From Candidatus Poribacteria bacterium (GTDB taxonomy: Bacteria; Poribacteria; WGA-4E; PCPOR2b), in the NCBI GenBank assembly GCA_965208675.1, contig OZ242351.1, positions 640,001 through 704,000 on the forward strand: DNA of 64,000 nt. Direction: 5' to 3'. Each line of letters starts with the position of its first letter. Position 1 is the first letter of the stretch. Shown here piece by piece: positions 38,822 through 49,122 of this stretch. Under the pieces are notes generated by a model that ran no database searches, was not told the DNA's origin, and saw only the letters and a list, made by a program, of their open reading frames with translations. The position numbers and the translations under genes are program-made.

Positions 38822-40756
38822 GTGAATCAATTCGCCCTCATCGAAAACGACAGGGCAAGTGGAATTCCTCTCAGAGTGATGGTCATTGGACTTATTTTGG
38901 TTGTCGTTAACGCCTATTGGATTTCAGTCAATGACCTTGTGAGGGGGCTATCCCATAACTACATGTCGCTCTTTAGTAATGCTGTTTTCACCTTTTTTGT
39001 GGTGATTCTCTTCAACCTGCTTCTTAAGAAACTCGCTCCGAATCTTGCGCTCAGGGACTCCGACCTGCTGGTCATCTACGTGATGGTTGTCATCGTGACA
39101 ACCATGTCCGGAAAGCGAACCAACAGGTTGATTTCGATTTTATCCCACCCCTTTTGGTTCGCCACGCCTGAAAACGACTGGCGGGATTTATTCTGGCGGC
39201 ATATCCCTCCGTGGTTTACAGTCAAGGACGAAGATGTTCTCGGGGGGTTTTTTCTTGGCGAGACCTCCTTCTTTGCCCAAACTTACATCAGTGCTTGGGT
39301 TGGACCGTTGTTCTATTGGTCTGCCTTTACTTTCGTGCTTTGCTTTGTGCTTTTTTGCATCAACACCATTATCCGAAAGCAATTCACTGAGCATGAGAGG
39401 CTTACGTATCCGATTACCTGGCTGCCGCTGGAGATAGGCCGCGACACATCCGCATTCTTGAAGAATAAGTTGATGTGGGTCGGATTCGGTATCGCAGCTG
39501 GCGTGAGTCTGCTCAATGGTTTGAATGTCTTCTATCCTGTCTTTCCTTCAATCCCTGTTGGGTGGACACGGATTGACTTCCCGGATAAGCCATGGAGCTA
39601 CATGGGCGGGACATTGGTTTCCTTCCAGTTGTTTTTCATCGGCCTCTCCTATTTCATGCCGCTGGACCTCGCCTTTTCCGCATGGTTCTTCTATCTCCTA
39701 CAAAAAATGATTCGAATGTTAACGGGAATGATGGGCTGGCGGGACCTCTACTTCCATGAACAGGCGCAAGGCGCGTGGATAGGATTGGGTTTTTTGGCGC
39801 TGTGGGTCGCACGTAGACACCTCAAGCGGGTTTTCATCCAAGCAACCACGGGGAAGGGGATGATCGATGATGCCCAAGAGCCGATGCGATATCGGACTGC
39901 GCTTTGGGGTATTACTGCAGGTCTGGTGTTTCTCCTCTGGTTTTCCTATAAGGCCGGTTTATCCTTCTGGGTACTGCTGCTGTTCTTTGGGATATACTGT
40001 TGCAGCGCCATTGGTTTGACTAAAGTGAGGGCTGGTCTTGGACTCGGTTTTCATGAGATACTACAGCTTGATCCTGGGCGGACAATGGTGACAGCAACCG
40101 GCACGCGTGTATATGGCTCACGAAATCTGACGGTTCTGACGTTCTTCTATTGGCTGAATCGAGATCAGCCCAATCATCCGATGCCGAATCAGCTAGAAGC
40201 CTTTCGAATTGGCGAACAGGCCAACATCAATAATCGGAGGCTCCTGTGGGCGATGCTTATCACCCTGGTCGTAGGCATTCCGGTGAGTTTTCTAATCTAC
40301 CTCAGCCTCTTGTACAATTTGGGTGCCGATAACACGGGGCCGTGGATCATTGGAATAGGAAGGGAAGGATTTGCCCGGCGGCTTCAAATGTGGCTAAGTA
40401 ATCCATTGGGGCGAGATTACGTGACCATGGGTTTTATGGGGTACGGTTTTTGTGTCACCGGCTTTCTGTTAGCCATGAAGGTGCGGTTTCTGTGGTGGCC
40501 GTTTCATCCGGTTGGCTACGTGCTTGCGATAAGCCCGGGGGAGATGGTCTACATTTGGTGTCCACTTCTGATCAGTTGGGCAATAAAACTTGCTATCCTC
40601 CGGTATGGGGGGTTGCAGGCGTACCGCAGGGCAATCCCGTTCTTTGCGGGCCTGATAATGGGCGACTACACCATGGGCGGCATTTGGAGCGTCATTAGCG
40701 CGGTGTTCAAAATTACAACGTATCACATGGGATGGCACCCGCAGTTGCCTCAATGA
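38822..40756 (+). CDS. Polytopic membrane protein, putative peptide transporter (DUF6785/DUF6784, OPT-like)
   Basis: Many TM segments; RKQFTEHERLTYP, WWPFHPVGY, KLAILRYGG, PFFAGLIMGD. Confidence 0.75.
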   Translation: MNQFALIENDRASGIPLRVMVIGLILVVVNAYWISVNDLVRGLSHNYMSLFSNAVFTFFVVILFNLLLKKLAPNLALRDSDLLVIYVMVVIVTTMSGKRTNRLISILSHPFWFATPENDWRDLFWRHIPPWFTVKDEDVLGGFFLGETSFFAQTYISAWVGPLFYWSAFTFVLCFVLFCINTIIRKQFTEHERLTYPITWLPLEIGRDTSAFLKNKLMWVGFGIAAGVSLLNGLNVFYPVFPSIPVGWTRIDFPDKPWSYMGGTLVSFQLFFIGLSYFMPLDLAFSAWFFYLLQKMIRMLTGMMGWRDLYFHEQAQGAWIGLGFLALWVARRHLKRVFIQATTGKGMIDDAQEPMRYRTALWGITAGLVFLLWFSYKAGLSFWVLLLFFGIYCCSAIGLTKVRAGLGLGFHEILQLDPGRTMVTATGTRVYGSRNLTVLTFFYWLNRDQPNHPMPNQLEAFRIGEQANINNRRLLWAMLITLVVGIPVSFLIYLSLLYNLGADNTGPWIIGIGREGFARRLQMWLSNPLGRDYVTMGFMGYGFCVTGFLLAMKVRFLWWPFHPVGYVLAISPGEMVYIWCPLLISWAIKLAILRYGGLQAYRRAIPFFAGLIMGDYTMGGIWSVISAVFKITTYHMGWHPQLPQ

Positions 40757-40767
40757 AATAACAGGAG

Positions 40768-40889
40768 CAGGACTTACGCAAATTGAGCAGAAAAAGGTAA
40801 ACCTGGACTTAAAAAGTCGTTATTTCAGTGTTTTTAACCCCCTAAATCCCCCTTGACAGGGGGACTTTGAACTTTTTGCGTAAGTCCTA
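40768..40889. mobile_element. MITE-like element with AGGACTTACGCAAA TIRs
   Basis: AGGACTTACGCAAA (40769-40782) / TTTGCGTAAGTCCT (40875-40888); internal CCCCCTAAATCCCCCTTGACAGGGGGACT. Confidence 0.7.
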
Positions 40890-41007
40890 AGGAGTTTACT
40901 TTCAGATTCATGGATAGAGCGTGCGAGCGCCGAGCTTAGCAAAACTCAAGGGGCGAAAAACAAAAAATATGTGACGCACGCAGCCATGCGAGTCTGCGTA
41001 AAAAGGC

Positions 41008-41036
41008 TTGACAGAACTAAAGTCCCATGATAAATT
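41008..41036 (+). promoter_or_regulatory. Putative sigma70 promoter (TTGACA-17-TAAATT, extended -10)
   Basis: GCTTGACAGAACTAAAGTCCCATGATAAATT. Confidence 0.5.
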
Positions 41037-41178
41037 CGCTGACATAATGAGACTTCGATTAGGTTATTGAAATGGGTGTTTGACATTAGTCGTCAATCTC
41101 TCAAATTCGAGTCGCGCTCGTATTGACGCAATTCATTGCCAATTAGTATTGGCAGTACAGCGTAAGAGAAAACATGAG

Positions 41179-42030
41179 ATGAAAGGGCTGAGTTGCAATT
41201 CCGGTCTCTTAAGTCAGTTCTCTATCGAACAGGCTATTGATATTCTCGCAGAACTTGATTATCAAGCCATTGACATCAGTCTTGAGAAGGCGCCGCCGTT
41301 CTTGCCGCCGCCTCCGCCGCACATGAGTCCACGGGCGGGAGCAGAGGAAACACGCCGCGTGCGCAAGCAAGCAGAACACGCCGGCGTTGCTATCGCCGCG
41401 TTGAACGCGCACACGAATTTGATCCACGCCGTACCCGAGGTTAGGCAAGCTAACCTAGAATTCGTGGAGGGTGCACTGGAACTCGCGTCAAATCTTGGCG
41501 CCCAATATGTAGTTTTCGGCGGGGGGCGGAAGGAGTTTTATGGCCGTGAAAGCCAGTACTGGGAATGGCTGGTCGCAGCACTCAGGCATTTGATCGCCCG
41601 TGCGTCCCGTTTGGGGGTGATTCTAGCAGTGGAAGCAGGTAGTTCTCCCGGTTCCCTCCTGCATAATCTCAGCCGCATGCAGTATCTACTGAGCCACGAT
41701 GGCCTGGAAACTTTGGGAGTTCTGTTTGACTCGGGCCACTATTTCGTGCGGGGAGATTCTGTAATTGAAGCTTACAGGATGTTGAATCAGCGGGTAGTTC
41801 ACGTACACGCCAAAGACGCGAAAGGTAATCTGGAGGATTATGAGTTCCCGCCGCTGGGGCAAGGCGATGTTGATTTCGACGGGTTGTTGGGTGCAATGGC
41901 CGCCACCGGCTACGACGGTTACATCTCAATCGAATACGAGGCGTTCGCATGGGGTCATGAAAGCGACCCTCGCAAAGTACTTTCCGAGAGCAAAAGCTTC
42001 CTAGACTGCATCGTCGCTTTGAAACCGTGA
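41179..42030 (+). CDS. Sugar phosphate isomerase/epimerase (paralogue of 36453-37310)
   Basis: MKGLSC start, FYGRESQYWEWL, HVHAKD, YISIEYE. Confidence 0.88.
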   Translation: MKGLSCNSGLLSQFSIEQAIDILAELDYQAIDISLEKAPPFLPPPPPHMSPRAGAEETRRVRKQAEHAGVAIAALNAHTNLIHAVPEVRQANLEFVEGALELASNLGAQYVVFGGGRKEFYGRESQYWEWLVAALRHLIARASRLGVILAVEAGSSPGSLLHNLSRMQYLLSHDGLETLGVLFDSGHYFVRGDSVIEAYRMLNQRVVHVHAKDAKGNLEDYEFPPLGQGDVDFDGLLGAMAATGYDGYISIEYEAFAWGHESDPRKVLSESKSFLDCIVALKP

Positions 42031-42147
42031 AAACGACGCATACGCCGCACCTACAGTTCATCTAACCGCGACCTGGTCGTTTTTGAAATAGACCGCTTTT
42101 GGGCTGAGAATGTGACAATTACCGCTCATCCCATGGAGGACAAAACC

Positions 42148-43167
42148 ATGCGAGCCGCACGACTGCACCGAATTGGCGGGTTGCTACAGATAGATGAGGT
42201 GCCTACGCCGGAAATCGGCGACGACGAGGTGCTGGTACAGACCAAAACGTGCGGCGTTTGCCGGACTGATCTCCACAAAATTGATGGGCTGGGTCACCTG
42301 CAAGCACTGCCGCACACGCTCGGACATGAGGCTGCCGGTATTGTAGCTCAAACTGGCCGCAATGTAACGAGTTTGGAAGTGGGGCAACCTGTTGTTCCGC
42401 ACGATTTCTTTTCTTGCGGACAGTGCTACTATTGCCGGGTTGGCCGCGATCCGCTCTGTGTTCAACCCAAGGTTTTTGGCTCAACCGTCAACGGCGGGTT
42501 TGCCGACTATTTTGCGGCGCCCACGAAGAATCTGTTTGTTTTGCCTGAACACACGCCATTTGAGCAGGCGGGCCTGATTAGTTGCGCCGTAATCACCGCG
42601 CTGCACGCCTTCCGCCGATCTGAACTGTGCTTTAATGACACTGCGGTAGTATTGGGCGCTGGCAACGTTGGACAAAACCTAATTCAGATTCTTAAACTTG
42701 CCCGCCTACAAGTGATCGCAATTGACCGTTCGGAAGCCAAATTGCAAATCGCCAGCCAACTCGGCGCAGATCTTGTTCTCAATGCGGATGCTGTCGATGC
42801 AACTCAGCAAATTAAGGAATTCGCAGGCGGCGATGGCGTCCAAGGTGTTTTCGATGTCGTCGGTCTTTCTTCGACATTAAAAACAGCCGCAGATTATGTT
42901 ATGCGCGGCGGGCGAATAGTCGTGATTGGCGAGGAACCGGAATTTCCGATGATTGACTCCACCCAAATCGCGCAACGGGAGCTGGAGATTATCGGATCGC
43001 GTAATGGTTCGCGCCAGGATATCATTGATGCCATTTCCATGGTGGGTGCCGGTATGATCACACCGTTGATTGCTCACCGGTTTCCGCTGGAGGACATTAA
43101 CGAAGCACTGGCACTCATGCGCGGTGGGGAGGCGGAAGGTAAAATTGTCATTGAGGTCTCTGAATAA
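42148..43167 (+). CDS. Zn-dependent alcohol dehydrogenase (MDR family)
   Basis: CGVCRTDLH, GHEAAG, CGQCYYC...C, GAGNVG; GGAGG RBS. Confidence 0.93.
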   Translation: MRAARLHRIGGLLQIDEVPTPEIGDDEVLVQTKTCGVCRTDLHKIDGLGHLQALPHTLGHEAAGIVAQTGRNVTSLEVGQPVVPHDFFSCGQCYYCRVGRDPLCVQPKVFGSTVNGGFADYFAAPTKNLFVLPEHTPFEQAGLISCAVITALHAFRRSELCFNDTAVVLGAGNVGQNLIQILKLARLQVIAIDRSEAKLQIASQLGADLVLNADAVDATQQIKEFAGGDGVQGVFDVVGLSSTLKTAADYVMRGGRIVVIGEEPEFPMIDSTQIAQRELEIIGSRNGSRQDIIDAISMVGAGMITPLIAHRFPLEDINEALALMRGGEAEGKIVIEVSE

Positions 43168-43236
43168 ATACAAGCGGAACCGAACTTACCCAAAACATTT
43201 TCGGTTTATATTGTGAAAATTTGAAAGGAGAGTCGG

Positions 43237-44121
43237 ATGGACAAGCTCATTATCACAGTCACTGTCGACTCGACTGTGTCATATCCTAGCAACTACTTGT
43301 GTCCGCCGCAACGGGACCTAGACAAGGTCGCGGCAGAATATATTCGCGCAGTTAACGCCGGGGCAAGTATCACCCACATTCACGGTGTGCGTTCCCTTGA
43401 GCGTGAAATTCAAGCTGATGGGCGCCAAGTATCAAAACTTGATTTTGAGGGCTGGAGGGGATTGCAAGAACGAATCAAAGCCAGTTGCAATCCAGTCATG
43501 CAATTTGGCGTCGCTAGTGCCAGAATAGAAGAGAAGGTCAACCTGATGAACCTCGAGCCTGATATGATGTCGATTGCCTTCAACGCGCACGATGAATTCT
43601 TCCAGCCTGACCCCAGCTACCCGCCCAACGAGATGTACGCGTCGCATCCCAGAGATGAGTTAGCTGCCTACGGCCGTGCGGCGATTGAACACGGGGTAAA
43701 GATTGAAGTCGAGTCGTTTCAAACGGGAGCATTTTGGAACATAAAGTTCATTGCCGACCAAGGGCTGCTTCCAGAGCCAATCTGGACAACCCTTTTGGTT
43801 GGTTGGAAAGGGGGTTGTTGGACGCCTCCCACACCGAAGGCGTTGATAAACATGGTGGAGCATCTGCCTACGGAATTCAAGATTAACTGGAATCTCAGTG
43901 TGATGGATGCACCCACACACTGGCAACTGTTAACCTTGGCAATTATGCTAGGGGGGCATGTCCGCGTAGGCTGGGAAGACAATCCATACTTGCAGGATGG
44001 TTCACTGGCTAAGACCAATGCCGTGTTGGTCGAGAAGATTGTACGCATCGCCCGTGAACTTGGGCGCGAGATTGCAACGCCGGACGAAGCTCGCCAGATT
44101 ATCGGTATTGCCGAACTATGA
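43237..44121 (+). CDS. Beta-keto acid cleavage enzyme (BKACE/DUF849, Kce-like)
   Basis: MDKLIIT, AGASITHIH, GGHVRVGWEDN, REIATPDEARQI. Confidence 0.9.
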   Translation: MDKLIITVTVDSTVSYPSNYLCPPQRDLDKVAAEYIRAVNAGASITHIHGVRSLEREIQADGRQVSKLDFEGWRGLQERIKASCNPVMQFGVASARIEEKVNLMNLEPDMMSIAFNAHDEFFQPDPSYPPNEMYASHPRDELAAYGRAAIEHGVKIEVESFQTGAFWNIKFIADQGLLPEPIWTTLLVGWKGGCWTPPTPKALINMVEHLPTEFKINWNLSVMDAPTHWQLLTLAIMLGGHVRVGWEDNPYLQDGSLAKTNAVLVEKIVRIARELGREIATPDEARQIIGIAEL

Positions 44122-44154
44122 CTTTGCCATAATATTCTAATGAGTGTTCATGGT

Positions 44155-45090
44155 CTAGTCCTCCTTGGTAGGGCGGGGAACAGAAACTCGGGAAGGCCAA
44201 CAACCAACTAACCGCACCGTGCAGTATTGTCGGGAAAGGGATTTCCCTCCCACAGGGGCATGAGGTGCAAGATTGCCGGGATAAGGAATTCCCTCTTAAA
44301 GGATCAATGTCTTGCCGGTTGGGAAACGTCAACGGATAAATTTAAGGCTTATCTGCTGTCGGGAGGTTTGAAAAGCGTTGGGTTTCGCTTCATGCATACA
44401 GGTATTAAACTGAATCGACAGACTATAATCACGCTGCATAGTTTACATTTTACATGAAACTCGCTCTACCCAACCTACACAAAAAAAACTATCGCCCTCC
44501 CCTAATCGGTCAGTTAATCCTCCTTGGTAAGGAGGGGATTAAGGACAAGCAATCTTTCCACTTCCAAAGGGCAAGCGAGACCCAATAACCAACTACCCAC
44601 AGCGTACATCATGGTCGAGTTGGAATTTCCTCCTACAGGTGTAAGTGGTTGGAATGATCTACGAATCGCGGCACGCTACGGTTAGTTGAATCTCGATTAT
44701 CGGGAAAAGTATTTCCCTCCCACAGGGGCATATTCTGCGGCATTAATAGGTTGGGCAGAGCCAATGGTGAAAGTCAACGTTTTCTGCCGACGAGAGGTTT
44801 GAAAAGCGTTGGGTTTCGCTTCACGCACACAAGCATTAAACTGAATCGACAAACTATGCGCATTCCGTATAGTTTACATGATTCATGAAACCCGCTCTAC
44901 CCAACCTACAATCCAACAGTCAACTACGCGCATTGCGCTGGATTGTCAGGAATTGCAATTCCCTCGAACAGGCAAAAGGCGGTAGGAGCGATCTCTGAAT
45001 TGTGACGCATTCGGGTCATGCGGTTATTGGATAATCGGGAAAGGGATTTCCCTCCCACAGGGGGCTTGTAGTGCAGGATTGTCGGAATTT
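44155..45090. repeat. Large REP mosaic (D'-A-B-C-D-A-C-D)
   Basis: Module A at 44363-44479 and 44794-44910 (431-bp period), with B, C and D modules. Confidence 0.85.
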
Positions 45091-45094
45091 CCGC

Positions 45095-48000
45095 CTACAG
45101 GTTTGCCGCGGGTAAGGTTTCAAAGTTTATCTCACCAGCCGGATGTTTGTATTTTATGAAGATGATATCCTTTTCTTCACGATATAGCCAACCGGACTCG
45201 ACTGATTCAAGGTTTTCAACAACGGTTATTTCATGATCTTGCGCGCGAATTGCGGCAGGATTTCCGCCGTAACCCGCAATTATGGTATAACTTGTTTCAT
45301 ATTGAACATACCTCAGCTTAAAATTCAACTTCGTAGATTCATCGCATTCAACTTGCTCGATTTTAGCTCCAGTGCTGAGGTGGATTCGCCCATTTTCACC
45401 GCGAATGATAGCCGTCGAAATGTCGGGATCTAATCCGCGGAGCGCGTACAAGTTTGCCATGATATTCTCCGGGTTAAGGTGTGGACCGCGCCTTTCAGCG
45501 CCGAAGCCGTAGAAGGCGTCAGGATATGTGCCTTTGAATTCACCCTCAGTCCACTGCTGATGCATGGCGCTCACTGTGATCCCCTCTGCAATTTTCGACC
45601 AAGGTTCCCGACTGCTATGTCGCGCAAGCCGTTGGAGATAATAGGCGTAGACCAATCCATTCCACTGGACAGGGACACCGAACCAAGGATGAGTGTGGAA
45701 GGTGGTTCCAAAAACGGGTATAGAGGCGAACCGCATTCCGGGGCGACTTGGCAAATTCCAATGGTAGAGGAATGGCAATCCTGTTGCAGCCCAGTATTCG
45801 GCGGGCGTCAATTCGTTCCTTTCGCCGGTAATCTCATAGCCTTCAATATACGCCCCCACAGCGTAGGCCGCGGCAAGAAGATCGGGTTGGTAGATAGGAC
45901 ACTCCCACACCTGCGCGCCTCGCGGGATTCGAAACCGCTCCATGAACCTCAGCGCCTTGAGGCCTGACGCCAATGACCGTTCGTTCCCCGTGACCCTTGC
46001 ATGTTTTAACAACATAAATGCCGAATGTGCACAAATACCCAAAACCGTATCGCCTGTTTCTCCCAGTGTTTTTGTCCGATCGGTGGTCGGGTTAAACCGC
46101 CAGCTTCCATTACTCTCCTGGGAATCTATTAATGCTTTCGTTACCGTATTGAGTTGTTCCAAGTTTGCTTCGAGGTGCCCGTAGTAGAAGGGAAACTCCC
46201 ACTTCAATATGTGGCATAAAGCGGGCGAGATTAAACTCCCCACTCCCGATTCACGGATCGTATTTTCCGCAATCTCGACAACGCGCTGCCTAACCGATTC
46301 ATCTCTTGATGCAAGGTAATCATACCACAATAAGGTTGCAAACCCTGGCGCATTTGCCGGCTGCCAATCAACGCAATGCCGGGATTTTCCCGTTTCACCG
46401 TCCCAGACAGTCTTCATGAACCCGTGCCGAGAAAGCATTAGCTCCTCTTCGTCGCTGCGCGGCGCATCTAAGGGCTCAGGCATACCGTAAGCCGCGGTCC
46501 ACATAGATATTGCGTCCAATATAGAGGCATTGCCATCAAGGATTATCTGCGCCTTGAGCGTAATCGCGTGTTTTGGCTCCATGGCGTATGGTGTAGATGC
46601 TTCCATACAATTCTCGTCCACCCAATGAGGCGGCGTCGGCAAGAACAGTCCCATCAGATGATTCTTCTGATGCATATACCAATTTGGGGAAGCAAATACT
46701 GCTGATAATGTATTGTGTTCACCGTCCCACGTTTCTAACGGATTCCAAATTAAGCCCACAAGAGATTTATCATGTTCAACCGCCATTAGCGGAATGGTTA
46801 CTTTGTATGGGTGCGGTACAAGGCGGTTGTTCAGCGGCGGCAAGGCGTCACGCGTGTTTGACGATGATTCACCGTTCTCCAAGAATTCTAAACCCGGGAA
46901 AAGGGCAGCGTTTTTGCCATTGCCAAACGTTCCGTCCCCGGCGTAAAGCATAGGGCCGTTAAATGCAACCAACTCCCGTTTTTCATTTGCCGTGAGCCGA
47001 TTTTCGATTTTCAGGTACTTGGAATCGGCTCGCAACGAATACCGCCCTTCATAGGACCAAATCACACCATCATCGTCCTTTTCTTCCCAAGTCAGGAGGA
47101 CAATTGAATCACCGCGATTATTTCCCGACAGGCGATAGGCGGCCGGAGTTACTCGGATGTGCTCAGCATTCCCGTTTGAATCTCGATGGCGAATTTCCGA
47201 GACGGCATTGCAGACGGCAACTTGCCGGTAATGCCCGTTTTTCGCAACGAAAAACATGCAATATTCAAAACCCTCGTATCCTCTTACGAAGAGTGCGCGT
47301 AAGTTTTGGTTCTCGGTGATTACGTGCCCATCTAGTTCAAAAGTATGTAATTCTGGAGAAATTTCTGTGGGTAATTTGGGGATTCCTGGCCGTACTTCAA
47401 ACGCTTTCTCCACGGTGTGCTGCATTTCGCCTTGCGCAGTTTGGAATCTAAGCGAAGCGGACATTGACGCCGTCGTACGTCGGGAAAAACTCCGAATTTG
47501 CCACACCAGCGTGGATTCTTCACCAGGATTGAGCGGTTTGATGGATCGCGTGTGATGCCCGCGTCTCAGTTTAATTCGATTAAGTGAAATACTTGCCCGA
47601 TTGGTCGTTACAAGGGGAACTAAACCGTTATTTCGAACCGTACATTGGACTTCAAACTCGTCACCGGCCGTAATTAGCGCCGTAGTTGGACCGATATCTA
47701 CAATGTCCAATTTTGCTTGCTCAGCATAAAGCTGAAGCGCTGCGATCGGTACGTCGGCATTATAACCCTGTACCGATTGGCCAACGATTTTCACAATCTC
47801 GGAAATTGGCGTGAAAGCGTCCAAGACAAATTCCGATGCCAATAATGCAGGGGTATCCTTAGCTGATGAGCTTAAAGCGATCCCACGTATCATTTCGGGT
47901 TCTGATCCGCCTGCTTCTGGCATTAATGGCGTACGAGTCAGTTTAAGTAGCCGCGGATTTCCCCATACAGCCCAATCGTAGTTAGTGTTGCCCGCCCCGT

Positions 48001-48838
48001 TGCAATTGGTTAAAAATACAACTTGGATTGTGCTCCCGGATTCTTTGGTCACATTTAGAACATGTTCTTCCCAACGGCACGCATTTGAAAAACCTTCAAA
48101 GTGTTGTTCCCCTGAAATCTCGATTGTAAACCGGACTCCGTCGGGCTTTGCCGTAGCATTATCAAAATCGACACCGTCCCTTAAGCCGATGCTGAAATGC
48201 AGCATGAGTTGTTCATCGGGGGCTGAATCCGGCAGTCTCAGTTCATATTCAATTCTTGCATCACCGTCGGCACGGGGGTGCTCAAAAATCGCAGCCTTCT
48301 TTACTCCGCCGGCACTGTCTTGGGTGTTTACGGCGGCTTGCTCGACATTACTTACTCGGCTGTTCGGAAATTCGTTGACAAAGTTGTAGATTTCGTCGAG
48401 AACACCGATTTCTAGCGGCATCTCAACCTCCGGCTCAGCTTGAATGCTGTGCGTGTCTTCGCCGGTTTCTACATTGGCGGCGTGCCGTTCGTCATCCATC
48501 TCTGCTTCATCTAAACTCCCGCGTTCTGCATCGTCGGAAGGTAGGTTCTGATTGACTTGAGTTCCAGATTCTGTCGCCTCAATAGCTGGTGAGTCTACCG
48601 CCGCTTGCTCGCCCGTTGTTTCTTCAGCTTCCACAAGCCTTTCACACGAATCTACTTTCTCGGTACTCTGAGTATGTCCGTCTTCTGATTCCCTCTCATA
48701 GAAATCATCTCTACCTGCTGTCCTTTTTTCTGCCAATTTATCCCGGCGATCGTCCTCATCAGGCGGAGTTTTCGCACCCGCTTCGGTATTATCAGTGTGC
48801 ATCATTAGCGCCATAAGCATTTGAAAGGTTATACTCAT
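45095..48838 (-). CDS. Large hypothetical protein (acidic N-terminus, beta-rich domains, C-terminal alpha/alpha-barrel-like region)
   Basis: ~1247-aa ORF with RBS; DWAVWGNPRL (NPCBM-like), CTVRNNG/PLNPGE (CARDB-like), LIDSQESNGSW. Confidence 0.75.
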   Translation of the reverse strand: MSITFQMLMALMMHTDNTEAGAKTPPDEDDRRDKLAEKRTAGRDDFYERESEDGHTQSTEKVDSCERLVEAEETTGEQAAVDSPAIEATESGTQVNQNLPSDDAERGSLDEAEMDDERHAANVETGEDTHSIQAEPEVEMPLEIGVLDEIYNFVNEFPNSRVSNVEQAAVNTQDSAGGVKKAAIFEHPRADGDARIEYELRLPDSAPDEQLMLHFSIGLRDGVDFDNATAKPDGVRFTIEISGEQHFEGFSNACRWEEHVLNVTKESGSTIQVVFLTNCNGAGNTNYDWAVWGNPRLLKLTRTPLMPEAGGSEPEMIRGIALSSSAKDTPALLASEFVLDAFTPISEIVKIVGQSVQGYNADVPIAALQLYAEQAKLDIVDIGPTTALITAGDEFEVQCTVRNNGLVPLVTTNRASISLNRIKLRRGHHTRSIKPLNPGEESTLVWQIRSFSRRTTASMSASLRFQTAQGEMQHTVEKAFEVRPGIPKLPTEISPELHTFELDGHVITENQNLRALFVRGYEGFEYCMFFVAKNGHYRQVAVCNAVSEIRHRDSNGNAEHIRVTPAAYRLSGNNRGDSIVLLTWEEKDDDGVIWSYEGRYSLRADSKYLKIENRLTANEKRELVAFNGPMLYAGDGTFGNGKNAALFPGLEFLENGESSSNTRDALPPLNNRLVPHPYKVTIPLMAVEHDKSLVGLIWNPLETWDGEHNTLSAVFASPNWYMHQKNHLMGLFLPTPPHWVDENCMEASTPYAMEPKHAITLKAQIILDGNASILDAISMWTAAYGMPEPLDAPRSDEEELMLSRHGFMKTVWDGETGKSRHCVDWQPANAPGFATLLWYDYLASRDESVRQRVVEIAENTIRESGVGSLISPALCHILKWEFPFYYGHLEANLEQLNTVTKALIDSQESNGSWRFNPTTDRTKTLGETGDTVLGICAHSAFMLLKHARVTGNERSLASGLKALRFMERFRIPRGAQVWECPIYQPDLLAAAYAVGAYIEGYEITGERNELTPAEYWAATGLPFLYHWNLPSRPGMRFASIPVFGTTFHTHPWFGVPVQWNGLVYAYYLQRLARHSSREPWSKIAEGITVSAMHQQWTEGEFKGTYPDAFYGFGAERRGPHLNPENIMANLYALRGLDPDISTAIIRGENGRIHLSTGAKIEQVECDESTKLNFKLRYVQYETSYTIIAGYGGNPAAIRAQDHEITVVENLESVESGWLYREEKDIIFIKYKHPAGEINFETLPAANL

Positions 48839-49122
48839 CCTCAATCCTCCAAAACAAATGTTACATTTCTACATTACACTTCATTTTTTGACTTCGCGAA
48901 AATTTTCTATTTGTATCTTTCCTTTGAAAATTGTATTACGAAACTGTGTCCAATCCTACATACATAAGTATAACATAGATGAAGCGGAGATTAAAACAAA
49001 GAGTATGAGAGATTGAAAATGCGGAATTGGTGAAACAATATGGCGGCGTAATCAAGGAATTTTGATGAATCCTTTTATTTACTTTTCCGAATTCTTTTAT
49101 GCTTTTAAGTTTCTATTTTCTA

